A stretch of DNA of 64,000 nt. It comes from Schmidtea nova. Lineage: Eukaryota. Each line of letters starts with the position of its first letter. The stretch's first letter is position 1. Both the position numbers and the translations under genes were made by a program. The notes beneath the pieces are model-generated. The model saw only the letters and a list, made by a program, of their open reading frames with translations, was not told the DNA's origin and did not search any database. Shown piece by piece: positions 63,881 through 64,000 of this stretch. The stretch covers positions 148,738,001 through 148,802,000 of the forward strand of contig CM097882.1 in NCBI GenBank assembly GCA_044892505.1. Reading direction: 5' to 3'.

Positions 63881-64000
63881 TTTTAAATAAAGATTTAAGA
63901 AAAGAGTATTAAACACGTGATTAAATTAAATAGGCAATAAAACATGGAGAATTTTACAAAAACAAAAGAATGACATAATTTTTAAAACTTAATGAAAAAG

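Overview
Very AT-rich, repeat-dense eukaryotic genomic DNA with five assembly gaps. The 44-51 bp minimal introns, (TA)n/(ATT)n tracts and flatworm-type 18S fragment suggest a triclad planarian (inference, unverified). One complete host gene can be rebuilt by hand: an 8-exon, minus-strand neuregulin/vein-type EGFR ligand (42316->4827, 406 aa). Its domains are signal peptide, NRG2/type-II-like N-terminal domain, Ig, EGF, transmembrane and cytoplasmic tail. All seven introns are GT-AG with compatible phases, and its EGF lacks the Arg normally found before the sixth Cys. The introns and flanks are filled with mostly decayed transposons: two Ty3/Gypsy remnants, solo LTRs, Penelope-like fragments, mariner/Tc1/maT, hAT, piggyBac, MULE, Ginger2 and Polinton pieces. 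There is also an 18S rDNA fragment inside a Gypsy integrase and a higher-order satellite. The most striking non-coding signals are hammerhead ribozymes: an inverted pair of canonical minimal ones in a 415-bp hairpin, and a multi-copy ~140-bp U3-A8-variant element, one copy of which has a 12-bp target-site duplication and a visible empty site.
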